Position numbers and translations under genes: made by a program
Shown: in pieces, positions 26,883 to 40,187 of the stretch
Position numbering within the stretch: the first letter of the stretch is position 1
Layout of the letters: the number at the start of each line of letters is the position of its first letter
Notes under the pieces: model-generated
Told to the model about the DNA's origin: nothing
Seen by the model: only the letters and a program-made list of their open reading frames with translations
Databases searched by the model: none
Assembly: GCA_951406725.2 (NCBI GenBank)
Contig: OX597825.1
Location: 8,308,001 to 8,372,000, forward strand
DNA from: Octopus vulgaris
Lineage: Eukaryota
DNA: 64,000 bases
Direction of reading: 5' to 3'

Positions 26883-27015
26883 TGTATGTATGTATGTATG
26901 TATGTATGTATATGTATATGTTTGTGTGTCTGTACTTTGTGTGTCTGTGCTTTGTGTGTCCAGCATCGCCGCAGTCAAATGACTGAAACAATTAAAAGAC
27001 AGAAAAGAATAAAGA
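26612..27015 (+). mobile_element. SINE family B with internal deletions and expanded microsatellite
   Basis: Intact head and CORE-like segment; tail gcagtcaaatgactgaaac. Confidence 0.88.
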
Positions 27016-27879
27016 ATAGATAAGTTGTTGACCATATTTTCCAAGACAATTTGTTTTCTTCATTCTTCCATGTCTTATGAAACGCTGTCACTGGAGCCAG
27101 ATCTTATTCTGTGTTATTCACGGCAGATGACACATTTACAACAAGGAAATGATATTTTAACCTACACTAGCCATGTATAACTTGCAGTTAAATCACCGGT
27201 TATTTCCCAATACTTTTCACTCCGTATATATGTGGGAACAGAGGTTAGAACAGCATTCATTGTTATTCTTCTCATGTATATTCTTCACATATCACCAATT
27301 TACCCCCAAAATTTCACATGCAAACTATTGTATATTGAATCCATTTTTCTCCACGTGTTTACTTCGCGTTACAGCTCTGTATACTAAATGTCAGGTATAT
27401 AGATCAAATCCTAGTCCACAAAACTAGGACATCCCTCCCACTGCACACTGTCTTACATCCTAATATAAATCCTAAATTTCTAATGAGATGAAACAACGTA
27501 GATTATGATGGAATTGATAGTAAATCCATGTGAAGATAAATATTCCCGATAAATATCACACAGGTTTGTTTGATTCTCTTGTGTTTAATCCAAATTACAC
27601 CACGACTGAACTAAATTCGTTCTCTTTGCAATCGATAAAATAAGTAGCAGTTTTATGAAACGATCAACAGTACAACAGAGAGAAGACATACAGGGGTTTT
27701 ATATCTTCAAAATAAACATCAGATTGGGACTCAAATATTCTATATTATTAATTACAAATATTCGATTGACGGAGGTTATTTATGTAGTTAGGAGGCCGAA
27801 ATTTGCTCACTCCTTAAGCGAGATCTTATCGTATGTATATTTAGCATGCAGAACGTTTCTCTGGGGTATTTTAAATCCG

Positions 27880-28150
27880 GCAATGTTGTTCATATTCATA
27901 GTCAATTTCACATAACACCATTCCATTATACCAATAACATTGTAGTAGTAATTACGGAGAAGAATGCGCTTCGCTGAAGGGTTTTCATAAGACCGAAACA
28001 TATCCGTTCCAGACATTTTGAAGAACAGATTTTAATTTGCATTGCATTTTAAATTGCGCTGAATAAACGTTTCTACCAGATGCTCATGTTGGAGATATAT
28101 TCGACGATATCGCTTTTCAAAATACCTTAGGTCAATTTCTGTTTTCTGAC
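27880..28150 (-). mobile_element. Possible Tc1-like transposase C-terminal remnant
   Basis: DLRYFEK (cf. DLNPIEN) followed by LKSVLQNVWNG (cf. LKxALQxAW). Confidence 0.25.
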
Positions 28151-28645
28151 AGTGTGATGAATATCAATTAGTCCAACGTTTTTCAATTCACTTCATGATG
28201 TATGTGAGGTCTTCATATTTTGCAACCAGTTTCGAACAAGGTGCGAGTTCACCTGTAAAGTAACAGACATCATTATATTAACAGAAAGAGAGATACGCCA
28301 CAACAGAAGACGAATTAATAATATTGTAAGACTCAAGTATAAGGTAGATGTAATTTATTATCTTTTCGGAGATAATAAACTCAACCATATATAATGTAAT
28401 ATATATGAAACAGGGAAATATCTGGAGACGAGCTGAACTCATAATTATTTGAAAGTTGGTCATTGTGTATGTGTATGCGTGAAGGCGAGTGCGTAAATGT
28501 AATTATGAATATTGGAAGATTTAAAGATTTATTAGCAGCAGCGTACAATAGAAAATTTTAACATAGACACTTCATATATGTAACGTATTCAGCTCCGAAA
28601 TTAAATCTGAATTCACAGCCAAACACATCTTAACACTAACGATAA

Positions 28646-29305
28646 TATTGGTTTCAAATTTTGGCACAAGGCTAGCAGTCTCCCGATGAGTGGGTAAGCT
28701 GATTACATTGACTGGTGCTTACTCTATCCATCCGGAAAGGATGAAAGACAAAATTGACGTCGGTGTAATTTGAACTTAAAACGTGAAGACGGACGAAATG
28801 TGACTAAGTATTTTGACCTGTTTGCTAACGATTCTGCCAGCTCGCCGCCTTAACACTGATGGTAATACCATTTACGACAGTGGAAGGCGGCGGGCTGGTA
28901 CAATCGTTAGGACGGCGAGCCCAATCCATAGCGGCGTATTAGCGTTCTGAGTTTAAATTCTGTCGGGCTCAATTTTGCTTTTCATCCTCTCGAGGTGGAT
29001 AAAATAAATATCAGTCGACTACTGGGGTCGATGGAATGAACTTTTCTCCTCCTCCAAAACTGGTGGATTTGTGCCAAAATTTGAAGCCAATATCCTTTAG
29101 GGGCAGAATCGTTAGCACGCCGGGAGAAATGCTTAGCGGCATCTCGTCTGCTTTTATGCGCTGTGTTCAAACAACTCCGAGATCGAGTTTGCCTTTCATC
29201 CTTTCGGAGTCAATAAAATAAGTACCAGTTGGCTACTGGGATCGATGTAATCCCCTTAGTCCCTCTCTGAAATTACTGACATTGTGCCAAAAGTTGAAAC
29301 GAATA
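28646..29305. mobile_element. Cluster of three old SINE family A copies (minus 28646-28851; plus 28884-29090; plus 29100-29305), third tail type
   Basis: Diverged family A heads and bodies with tail TTGTGCCAAAATTTGAAACCAATA. Confidence 0.8.
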
Positions 29306-30807
29306 TTGTTTAAAATAGTAAGGTTGTGAATTAGCACAATTGTTACTACAACGGATATCATGTTTGTAACATACTATTTTGGAAAGGATGCATTTTATAC
29401 CCGCGTATATATATATTTACAAACGTATACACGAAATGCAGATTTTATCTGATATCGAACTCAGTGAGAGAGAACATAGACATATTTATTATATCAACAA
29501 TTCAAAATCTATTGAGAGTTTCGCCCCGTGGTGGGCTGTTCAATACAGTAGAATGCGGAACGAATCATTGATAAATAGAAACACAGAACATGAGCACGCG
29601 CGCACACGCATTTTCTAGAAATCGTGCTCATGCATTTTCTAGAAATTGTTTTGAGAAAAATGAAACACGAAAATATTATAATTGTCATTTTCAACCTACA
29701 CTGTTTAGTGAGGACGACCATGCAAAATGCTACTATGTTACAATCTCTTGCAGACTGAAACCTAATCAAAGGAGGATACAAATATTGTAATAACAAAAAA
29801 AAAAAGAATAATTTTATATTCATATTACGGTGAAGTTAATGCTGAAGTGAGTGTTAAACGACATAGTAATTCGTTTTATTCTTCTCCGTCTCAGATCAAA
29901 CTGCATCAATGTGAGACTCGAATTTATATCTTCACTGTCGAAATAACATGTAAAAGTCGTATATTAAGAGCTCTTCCAGGAAAAATTACATGTGTCTCCT
30001 AAATTAAAGATACTCTGATATTATCTGAGACACAGACTAGACACAAAGAAAGTCGAACGAATTGTGTATGGTAGACTCAGAAATATCATATTTACCCTTT
30101 GATGTAGATAATGAAAATTGTCAGATTAAAATAATGATGTGTAGTGGAGGAGAAATGATGATATATCTGTATACATATCTAAATCTAACTATCTATATGT
30201 CTATCTGTTTATCTATCTATCATACACTTTAGAAAGTTTATATTAGAGAATATTTCAAACTTCTTTCTCACGCTGGTTTCAATGTAGCTATCGTTAATTC
30301 TCCATTGCTACCACACCGTTGTTTTACCATTCTACTCATCTTGCTGATTTTCAATGTAAGCTTTGTCACTTCAAGTCTCTCTTTCTCTTATCTCTCTCAC
30401 TTATTCGATTACAACTTTTTTATCTTTCGCTTTTATCGAATCACATCTACTTTTATGCTGTCAAATACTTTGTCACATACTTTTACTTTTCTTTTCTAAT
30501 TCTAACTCTTACATGGTTTTATATAAGAAATATTTCCTTCACAATTATCTGCTTTCCTTTCGATTTTCATTTCCATTTAGGTACTTGAATATGGTGGTGA
30601 TGCTGATTACGATTCTACGTATGCCATGTCGGAAATTTGAGAAAACGATCCTGATTTTATTTAATTTATGCAAGCAGGCAATCTTCGCGGATGCATGCTC
30701 AAAATACAGCTATCACCACAAGTATTCTATTTCATACAAAATATGTCTACAAATAATGTTTCCATGGAAAATTTCACGGGAATGGAAGTTTTATTGGAAG
30801 CATACAT

Positions 30808-30970
30808 AGGCGCAGGATTGGCTGTTTGGTAAGTAGCTTGTTTAAGAACCACATGCTTTCGGTTTCAGTCCCACTGCGTGGCAACTTGGGCAAGTACCTT
30901 CTATTATAGCCTCGAGCCGACCAAAGCCTTGTGAGTGGATTTGGTAGGCGAAAACTGAAAGAAACCCGTC

Positions 30971-31015
<45 letters not shown>

Positions 31016-31092
31016 ATCCAAAACAATAAAGCACAAAAAACACAACAACGTGAGGACGTGGAACAAATATAGTATTATTGTACGCTCAGGAA

Positions 31093-31144
<52 letters not shown>

Positions 31145-31254
31145 TGACAACTGATGCTGGTGTGTTTACGTCCCCGTAACCTAGCGATTCGGTAAAAGAG
31201 ACCGATAGAATAAGTACTAGGCTTACAAAGAATAAGTCCTGGGGTCGATTTGCT
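30808..31254 (+). mobile_element. SINE family B with an unrelated ~80-bp insert (31011-31093) in its internal microsatellite
   Basis: Head ggcgcaggattggctg; 3' half gacaactgatgctggtgtgtttacgtccccg. Confidence 0.88.
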
Positions 31255-31837
31255 ATTTGGCTATTCGAAATACGATTTGATCAGGAATATAAGCTGGCAA
31301 ATTTTTATGAGCTTCAAGAAAATAGTTAGATCAACAAATTCGTGCTTACTGTTGTTGATTATGAACTAAAAGTGCACAAACTTATAAAATTTAGATATTT
31401 ACAGGAAGTTCCGTGTCTACTTTCGCACAGGCTTTAACTAATAAAAAGAGGCCGCAATGCGGCTTCTTCTTAAATTATATCAACCAGCAAAATGCAACAG
31501 CACTAAAGAAATGATTAAAAAGCATATTTCTCTCAGCGTTGGGAAATTATGTTGTTTGCCCCGAAGGAAAGAACAAGCTTATAATTAGCTGTCTACTCAT
31601 CTATCTACTTATATAATAAATAATTCCCATTCAATTTAGAAGACGAGTACTTCAGTTTCCATATCTTACTTCTTTTATGTAATACAATTAATTATAAAGG
31701 CAGACAGTTGCTTGAGGGCTTGATTTCGAATATTGGTTTCCTTACGGACATAGCTATATAGGATATTCAAGCATTGTAAAATTCAAACTCAATATATTTA
31801 TGCTTCTATAGATAGAACTTGGGTACAGATAGTGTTA

Positions 31838-32115
31838 GTTCATCAATGACCATGGAATTGCACCTAGAGAGTTCACCTCCGAGGAACAAATCAGGGTAAG
31901 GTTGTATATGGGAGACCAGCATTGACCCATGCATACCAGCCTCCTTTCTTCACGCCACCGGTGGAAAAGGGAAAGGCAAAGACAAGGGCAGATACAGCTC
32001 GGCACCAGTGACACCGCAACTCATATCTACATATGAGTGAACTGAAGTAACGGGAAATAAAGTGACTTGCTCAAAAAGAACAGCCGGTCAAAGCTGAGCC
32101 CATTGGACACCCGAG
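31838..32115 (-). mobile_element. SINE with D-like body and RTE-5'UTR-like 3' module
   Basis: Minus strand TTGAGCAAGTCACTTTATTTCCCGTTACTTCAGTTCACTCA, then GCCTTTCCCTT...CGGTGGCGTGAAGAAAGGAGGCTGGTATGCATGGG...GCTGGTCTCCCATATACAACCTT, which resembles RTE/BovB-type 5' sequence as I recall it. Confidence 0.6.
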
Positions 32116-32734
32116 AAGCGAATACTTTGGAAGTAAAAAAGTTTCCATTCACCAAAATATACCTGGTACAGCTCCATAATTATTATGTCTCAGTTCCACT
32201 AAATTTTAAAGTTTTTGAATAGTACCATGAATGAATTATTTCCCGAAATTCCAACAGAAATAGTTTTCGTGAATTTAATTCCAAGAGTTCAATATATAAA
32301 CAAAACAACATATTCAATCATAATTTCAGATGAACTACAACGGTTCTGCGAGCCTTGATCTTGGACTCTCATATGGTGCATGTCATCAAATTGAGAGAAC
32401 TACACAGTTCCAGAACATAACGTCGACATACCATTATCACACACACACACACACACACAAACACAAAAACGTACATACATTCACTCACTACGACATAATA
32501 TTAGAGGTCAATTCAGTGATGAACTCTGCTTTACAAAATATGCCACATTGTAAGATGGATGCCCGCTCCATGTGCCATTCACGATTTCTGTTTTACTTTT
32601 TTTGTTTTTCTTTTGTATTTTTGTTCTAAAATGTTACTCCCAACTCATCAGGTGCATCCCCGCTCTTCTTTACACAATTCAACGATCCTTTTTCTGCAGA
32701 TAAGCATAAAGTTTTTCAGAGAGTCCAACCCATT

Positions 32735-33182
32735 GGAGGCGCGTGGCTTAGTTATTAGATTGTTGGACTCGTGATCATAAGATTGTGGTTTCGATTCCCG
32801 ACCGGGCTTAATGTTCTTCAGCAAAATACTTCATTTCACGCTGCTCTAGTTCAGCAAAGATGAGAAATCCTACAAAGGACCGGCGTCCCGACCAGATGGC
32901 GAATATATACACCATGAAACCCAGAAACCGGCCTTTATGAGTCGGTATGACTCGACGAGCTGGTAGAAACGTTAGCACGCCGGGTGAAATGCGCAGCCGT
33001 AAGTCGTCTGCCGTTACGTTCTGAGTTCAAATTCCGCCGAGGTCGACTTTGCTTTTCATCCTTTCGGGGTCGATTAAATAAGTACCAGTAAATCACTAGG
33101 GTCGATATAATCGACTCAATCCGTTTGTCTGTACTTGTTTGTCGTCTCTATGTTTTGCCCCCTGTCGGCAATAAAGAAATAA
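32735..33182 (+). mobile_element. SINE family D (32735-32955) directly followed by SINE family A (32955-33182)
   Basis: Both heads, bodies and tails are recognisable and abut without a spacer. Confidence 0.88.
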
Positions 33183-33730
33183 ATATAACTTTACTTAAAT
33201 TACTAACCTAGGTATCATACAACTGTATGATTGTATATGTTAGGAAAACCCTTTTGTGTTCATTTTGATGATGTTCAGTCGATTTTGATCACCTGCATTC
33301 ATATTTACCCTTAAATGTTCTATCTTTTATTCGTTCATGACTCATATGCCGCTTAATTTTTAAATTACTATAATTACTTTCCTCTTCGTTTTTCTTTTAC
33401 ATGCATTTATTTATATATTCAAAGATTTCAAAGTTGTTTTAATTGTTATGACGTGTTTTGTGCTACATACTTCCTTGATATTAACTCTAACCAAGACAGC
33501 AAATTAATGATCACCCATATATTAAATTCGTGCATCTAAATATATTTAATGTTAAATATTTAAGAGTTACACCTTTTCCCAGGCCAGAATTGCTATTCAC
33601 TTGAAATCTATGACAACGCCATCTTCCTTGCTTGAACGTAACCCAAGAAGGAAACATTTCATCCAGTAAATGAAGAAAATATATACAAATTCATTGGTGA
33701 GGGATGTCGCACAACTTTCTACTCAAAACA

Positions 33731-33786
<56 letters not shown>

Positions 33787-34402
33787 CAACAACAGTAGCA
33801 AAAGCAACACAATCAACAATTACAAAAAGAAGAAGGAAAAGAAGAGAGAAGAGAGAAGAAGAAGAAAAAGAAAAAGAAAAAAAGAAGAGAGAATAATAAT
33901 AATAATAAGAAGAAGAACAAGAAAAAAGAAGAAAGAAGAGGAGAGAAGAAGAAGAAGAAGAAGAAGAAGAAGAAGAAGAAGAAGAAGAAGAAGAAGAAGA
34001 AGAAGAAGAAGAAGAAGAAGAAGAAGAAGAAGAAAAGAAGAAGAGAGAAGAAGAAAAAGAAGAAGAAAAGAAAAAGAGAGAAGAAGAAGAAGAAGAAGAA
34101 AAGAAGAAGAAGAAGAAGAAGAAGAAGAAGAAGAAGAAGAAAAAGCAGAAGAAGAAGAAGAAGAAGAAGAAGAAGAAGAAGAAGAAGAAGAAGAAGAAGA
34201 AGAAGAAGAAGAAGAAGAAGAAGAAGAAGAAGAAGAAGAAGAAGAAGAAGAAGAAAAAAGAAGAAGAAGAAGAAGAAGAAGAAGAAGAAAGAAGAAGAAG
34301 AAAAGAAGAAGAAGAAAGAAGAAGAAGAAGAAGAAGAAGAAGAAAAGAAAGAAGAAGAAGAAGAAGAAGAAGAAGAAGAAGAAGAAGAAGAAGAAGAAGA
34401 AG

Positions 34403-34432
<30 letters not shown>
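33731..34432. repeat. (TAA)n followed by a ~600-bp (GAA)n polypurine tract
   Basis: Directly visible; the 243-aa ORF is its translation. Confidence 0.97.
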
Positions 34433-34434
<2 letters not shown>

Positions 34435-35296
34435 GGAGACGATGAAGAAACTAATGATAAACAGTAATACCTGATATTGACGTTTGTTGAGGGCGTTTTA
34501 TGCCGAACATTTGCAGTGCGATTTCACTGTTTGGGTTGTTATTGGCAGAGTATTGGCTGTAAATAGGAAATTTCCTGTTTTCTTGCTGTAGTTGCATTAC
34601 TTTAAATAATCTCATAAATATTACATTAAGAACTCCATCAATATCGCAGTGTATATAGAATCCCTTTTCAAAAAGTTATCATTTCACACATGGAATCGAT
34701 AACTGCCACATCGAATATAACAGATAAACCAGATGCATTAGTTACGCGGCTTTTATAACAAAGCTATTTGAACTGTAAACAAAGCTGTAGATATTACGAT
34801 CAAACAGGATGTTACGGAATTTCAGCAAGATCATGGTTGACTGCATTGTTGTAAAGGGTGCTGAGAGTTGAAACAACAGATTCTGTACCTCTTGCTTATT
34901 ATATTTAGCATTACAAGGAGAAGCACGAATCGGTTTTCATATCCAACGTAAATATGCGCATTCTGAGAGATTTATTACCGCAATCAATGCTATATCTATC
35001 GCGTAATATAATTACTCAGTGATGTATTTTAAGCGGCTCCACTATCTCGCATCGAACACTTGTGGATATATATTATTTAAGATATACGAAGAAGCTTCTG
35101 AGAATAATAATAATAATAATCTGTTGACGTTTGTGTACCGTAAAATTCCTTCATTTCTATTTTCACCTTCTATTGCAAATGTATTACTTCTTTTCCTTAC
35201 ACAAACTGTAACAAGATTGCTATCGACCCAGTGTATGTTTTTTTTTAAAAATTGACCATTAAAGACAACTATGTTTCATGCATGTATACATACACG

Positions 35297-35356
<60 letters not shown>

Positions 35357-35373
35357 ATATACCTATATATAGG

Positions 35374-35488
<115 letters not shown>

Positions 35489-35512
35489 ACACACACACAT
35501 ATATATAAGTAT

Positions 35513-35567
<55 letters not shown>

Positions 35568-36189
35568 TATACATATATACATATATACATATATAAATAT
35601 ACACACTATAGTAATATATACATATATAAATAATATACATATACACACTATAGCAATATTCAGTATCTCTAATGTAATATATTTTCGTCGTTTAAATAGT
35701 TACGTATCAAAGTTCACTTTCAATATTAACCTCACAAAACGAGAAATTGAATCCCCTAAACAGACAAGAATTTAGAAAAAGGGCTAGAAAATGTTTCGTC
35801 TTATATTCGTAGATAATAAATAATCGAGTCATCTTCAAGATCCATTATCAGAGCTATAGAAATCACAAACAAATAATTGTCCTATATGTCTTAGCTTATG
35901 GTTATTGGTAAAATGGTATTGAATATTAATTCAAAATATACGTTAGAGAATCACCAAAAATACATCTAAATATTTATAACGAGAGCGAAGAATTTATTTA
36001 AACAAATGTAATACAACATTCAAACAAATTAGTCCGTGTATTATTTCTGATTTAGAAAATTATCCATAAATTCATAATGCTGTGTAATGTAACAATTTGC
36101 ATTGAGCTTCTTTCTCTAACCATTGAGCCTCTTTCTCAACAAATTATATATAGGATATTCAAAAACATCGTTGCGAATGAAGCACACTT

Positions 36190-36300
36190 TTAGTTAGTTA
36201 GTTAGTTAGTTAATTTGTTGACTCAAAAAGCAAAAAGTAAGGCTATGTAGGGGGGCAAGGAGTTATGTACAGGGTGGTGTTCATGTAAAGAGTTCAGGTA
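36190..36300 (-). mobile_element. Probable 3' end of a retroelement with (AACT)n tail
   Basis: GC-richer segment ending on the minus strand in ...CCCCCTACATAGCCTT...CAAATTAACTAACTAACTAAC. Confidence 0.35.
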
Positions 36301-36777
36301 GCCATTTTCACAGCGGTTTGCCATGGAGAAAATTCTCGCTTTAGGCAACAGTTGTTAACTAGGTCCTGATGTGAGATGAGTGGGTAGAAAGGCATCCATC
36401 AGTCTACTGAGAGCACCGTGAAATGACTATTCATATTTTTAACACATGCTTCTTCACGGCAAGTCAAACTGAAATGGCATTTTTATGGGTAAACTATGTC
36501 ACAAAAATATTTAAGTGATATAAACGTTTGTTTTATTCACGGCACCTCTTTTGTGTGTCCATTACGTATTTTGCTATAAGGTGGTCCGTAACACGTAGGT
36601 TACTACTGATTTACTATGAGGCTACCATAGCTCACACAATCCCCACCAAGTTGTCTATCTTGTAGTAGCCGTCACAGATGTTAGCCGGATAGATAGAAAT
36701 GCATGACATCATCATCATCATCATCATCATCATCTATCTCTCTATTTAGTTATCTATACCTACATTCATACATACCT

Positions 36778-37008
36778 ATTTCTTTATTACCCACAAGGGG
36801 CTAAACATAGAGGGGACAAACAAGGACAGACATAGGTATTAAGTCGATTACATCGACCCCAGTGCGTAACTGGTACTTAATTTATCGACCGCGAAAGGAT
36901 GAAAGGCAAAATCAACCTCGGCTGAATTTGAACTCACAACGTAACGATAGACGAAATACCGCTAAGCATTTCATCCGGCGTGCTAACGTTTCTACCAACT
37001 CATCGCCT
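36778..37008 (-). mobile_element. SINE family A, full length
   Basis: Head to type 1 tail. Confidence 0.92.
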
Positions 37009-37231
37009 TATATACTTACATTCATACATACATTCACACATACACACACACATACACACATACACACACACAATGTTGTAAGAGCTGGGCCAGGCAGCTC
37101 CTACCTGGTCGAAAGCCATGCTGGGTATCACTCAGCAAGTTTATACATTTAAAATATTTGACTAAAGCGACCAATTATGGACTAAATTCTTTAAAGATAT
37201 CTGTTGGGTGTTCAGATATTAGAACTATAAT

Positions 37232-37601
37232 GGAATGGGAAGCACTCCGTCGGTTACGACGACGAGGGTTCCGGTTGATCCGAATCAACGGAACGGCCTG
37301 CTCGTGAAATTAACATGTAAGTGGCTGAGCACTCCACAGACACGTGTACCCTTAACGTAGTTCTCGGGGATATTCAGCGTGACACAGAGAGTGACAAGGC
37401 TGGGCCTTTCAAATACAGCTACAACAGAAACAGGAAGTAAGAGTGAGATAAAGTTGTGGTGAAAGAGTACAGCAGGATCATCATCATCCTCGTGGAGCTT
37501 TAGGTGTTTTTCGCTCAATAAACACTCACAATCTGGCAATCGAAACCGCGATCCTCTGACCGCGAGTCCGCTGCCCTAACCACTGGGCCATTGCGCATCC
37601 A
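37232..37601 (-). mobile_element. SINE family C with 11-bp TSD
   Basis: A box TGGCCCAGTGG, B box GGTTTCGATTGCC; agaactataat at 37221 and 37603. Confidence 0.92.
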
Positions 37602-38237
37602 CAGAACTATAATATATTCTATTGCGATGACACTTGTAGGAATTGGACATACGTTTAAGTATGCGAAATAGCATTCTCTGCTCCATACTTCAAAGTGCTA
37701 AAATAAATATCAAGATGCGTTAAATACATTTTATGAACATGACAGATAAGACCTGCTTTCTATTTATTGATGATGTTATCTCGTTGTGTCTGCTTACCAG
37801 TCTATATAGCTGTGAAATGTCTATTTAATCATATGCATGCGTATTTCAGGAAGCTGTTGATTTGTTCTAGAATTTAGCGTATCAGCTAAAAACATTGTCA
37901 CCTTCATAAATGTTTTGAAATGAAGACATTAAAGAGAAGTGTTAATATTTCTAATGTTTAATTGTGTTCAACTACGTCAATATATTTTCCATAATTGCTT
38001 CATTAATATGAAGGAGAGGACAAACGCAGGAAGTGATTGATGTTAAAATTATGATGACGTACAAAGATATACGATGGAATTTGGTACTCTTGATTTAAAG
38101 TATGACATGAATATCTTAATACTATACCGACAAAAGATATTCCAATAAAATATGTTCTAATAGAAAATCCATGTTTAACTGCGGATGAATGCTATCTCTA
38201 AGATACGATGGGTCAGCAAAGGTCTACGGACAATCAC

Positions 38238-38302
<65 letters not shown>

Positions 38303-38826
38303 GAAATAACACATATGCATATATATAAACATATATGTACGTACCTACCTCTACATGTACATATACACGCATATATGAGTACAGGACACCAAAGGGACGT
38401 CGAACACAAAGAGAAACGAAAACATAGACACAAACCAAAGGAACTGGACATTTTTTTAAAAACAAAAAAAAATGGAGTACAGGACAATTAACACAACGAA
38501 AAAACCCCTTCTTCAGTCGCTAAGGTTTCATCTACTCTCTCTCTATATATATATATTGTATTATGGATCGTCGTTAAGGTCAAAACAGTGCGAAGTAAAT
38601 GCAAGGTAAATCACAAGAAGACAAATATGTAAATTAAAGTTGATTTACCTTGTTTTCAATATTTCGGGGTTATTAGCCCATTTTCTAGAAATATTGAATA
38701 CAAGGTAAGTCTACAGTAATTCATATACTTGTTTTCTTCTGATTCTCTTCACACTGTTTTAGCCTTACCCACGATCCTGTATACAGTACATTCTACACAG
38801 TGCTTCAGAATAATTATTCCATTATA

Positions 38827-38859
<33 letters not shown>

Positions 38860-39012
38860 CACACATACATATATACATTTATATTTATGCGTATATATAT
38901 ATATATATATATATATATTTCAACAATTGAGGGTAAAATTAATTAATTAATCAATTTCACCAAGTATTCAGTATGCAAAGGGACCATTTAAGGCGAATAT
39001 ATATATATTTAT

Positions 39013-39129
<117 letters not shown>

Positions 39130-39232
39130 TATATACATTTATATTTATGCATATACACACATATGTAGATATATGTATACCTACATATATGTCTACATAT
39201 ATATATGTATGTATACATGTATTTATATATGT

Positions 39233-39297
<65 letters not shown>

Positions 39298-39322
39298 GAA
39301 ATGGAGTTAAAATCAGGTGTTA

Positions 39323-39434
39323 TTCAAATCTATATACTTCCGACATATGTTTCGAAGAACACATTGGTATTATTCCTGTGGGAATAAAATAGTGTAAAAC
39401 AATGTAACCATCACGTAAGGGGCAAACAGATGAA
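39323..39434 (-). ncRNA. Degenerate type I hammerhead ribozyme motif (core mutated)
   Basis: 3' box GAAA-C-ATAT-G-TC is intact (39353-39342). 5' box CTTACGT is two changes from CTGACGA. Stem II GATGGTTACATTG/CAATGTGTTCTTC and stem I ATCTGTTTGC/GTATATAGAT still pair. Confidence 0.55.
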
Positions 39435-40064
39435 CAAAACATCAAAAACCCATTTTTACCGAATGTGATTACCGCGTATATGATTAAAGGAACACTGGCA
39501 AGATATTTTTAAAAAAAAACGTTAATAGATTTAACGTCAAAGGCAATTTAGAGAAAGAGAAGGAGGAGAAAGACAGAAATTACCAGAAAATTAAGAGTGA
39601 CTAAATATATGTGATAGACGAGTGGAAACCTTAAAGGCGTGTAAATAGATATATGTAGTGGAAACGAAATGTTAGAAGACAGTCAAATGTCAAATTTTAT
39701 AGATTGGTGCAAGATACTTATAGGAACCAAAGGTAAATGCGTTATGTTAAGGTGTTTACAAGAGAATTATCTGAAGACAGAATGCGATACTGTTCTTCGG
39801 TAAAGAGTGGACAAAAGGATTTACCTTTAGGATATGGAAAGGGTCTAGATAGAATATTTCATTCCACAAAATTCTATATTATGTTCATAATTGAAGCAGT
39901 ATTGGATTTACTCAATTTTCTAGGCTGTCTTAACAGATATCCCTCGTTCACGACTTTATTTTCGTTAAAAAAAAACAAAACATTTTCACACTTCTAAGAT
40001 TGTTTATAAAGCATAAAAATTAGTATAATTATACACACACATATAAATATGTATACATACATTC

Positions 40065-40123
<59 letters not shown>

Positions 40124-40144
40124 TATATACCACAAATGTATATG

Positions 40145-40187
<43 letters not shown>

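Noticed and set aside
27970-28015. Near-hammerhead CTGAAG-GGTTTT-CAT-AAGACC-GAAAC
   Set aside because: A9 is missing and stem I does not pair; it overlaps a possible Tc1 relic.
33704-34435. 243-aa N/R/E/K-rich ORF
   Set aside because: Translation of (TAA)n and (GAA)n tracts.
38500-38540. Minus-strand GAAAC...CTGAAGA
   Set aside because: Only 9 nt separate the boxes and no downstream GAAA closes a fold.
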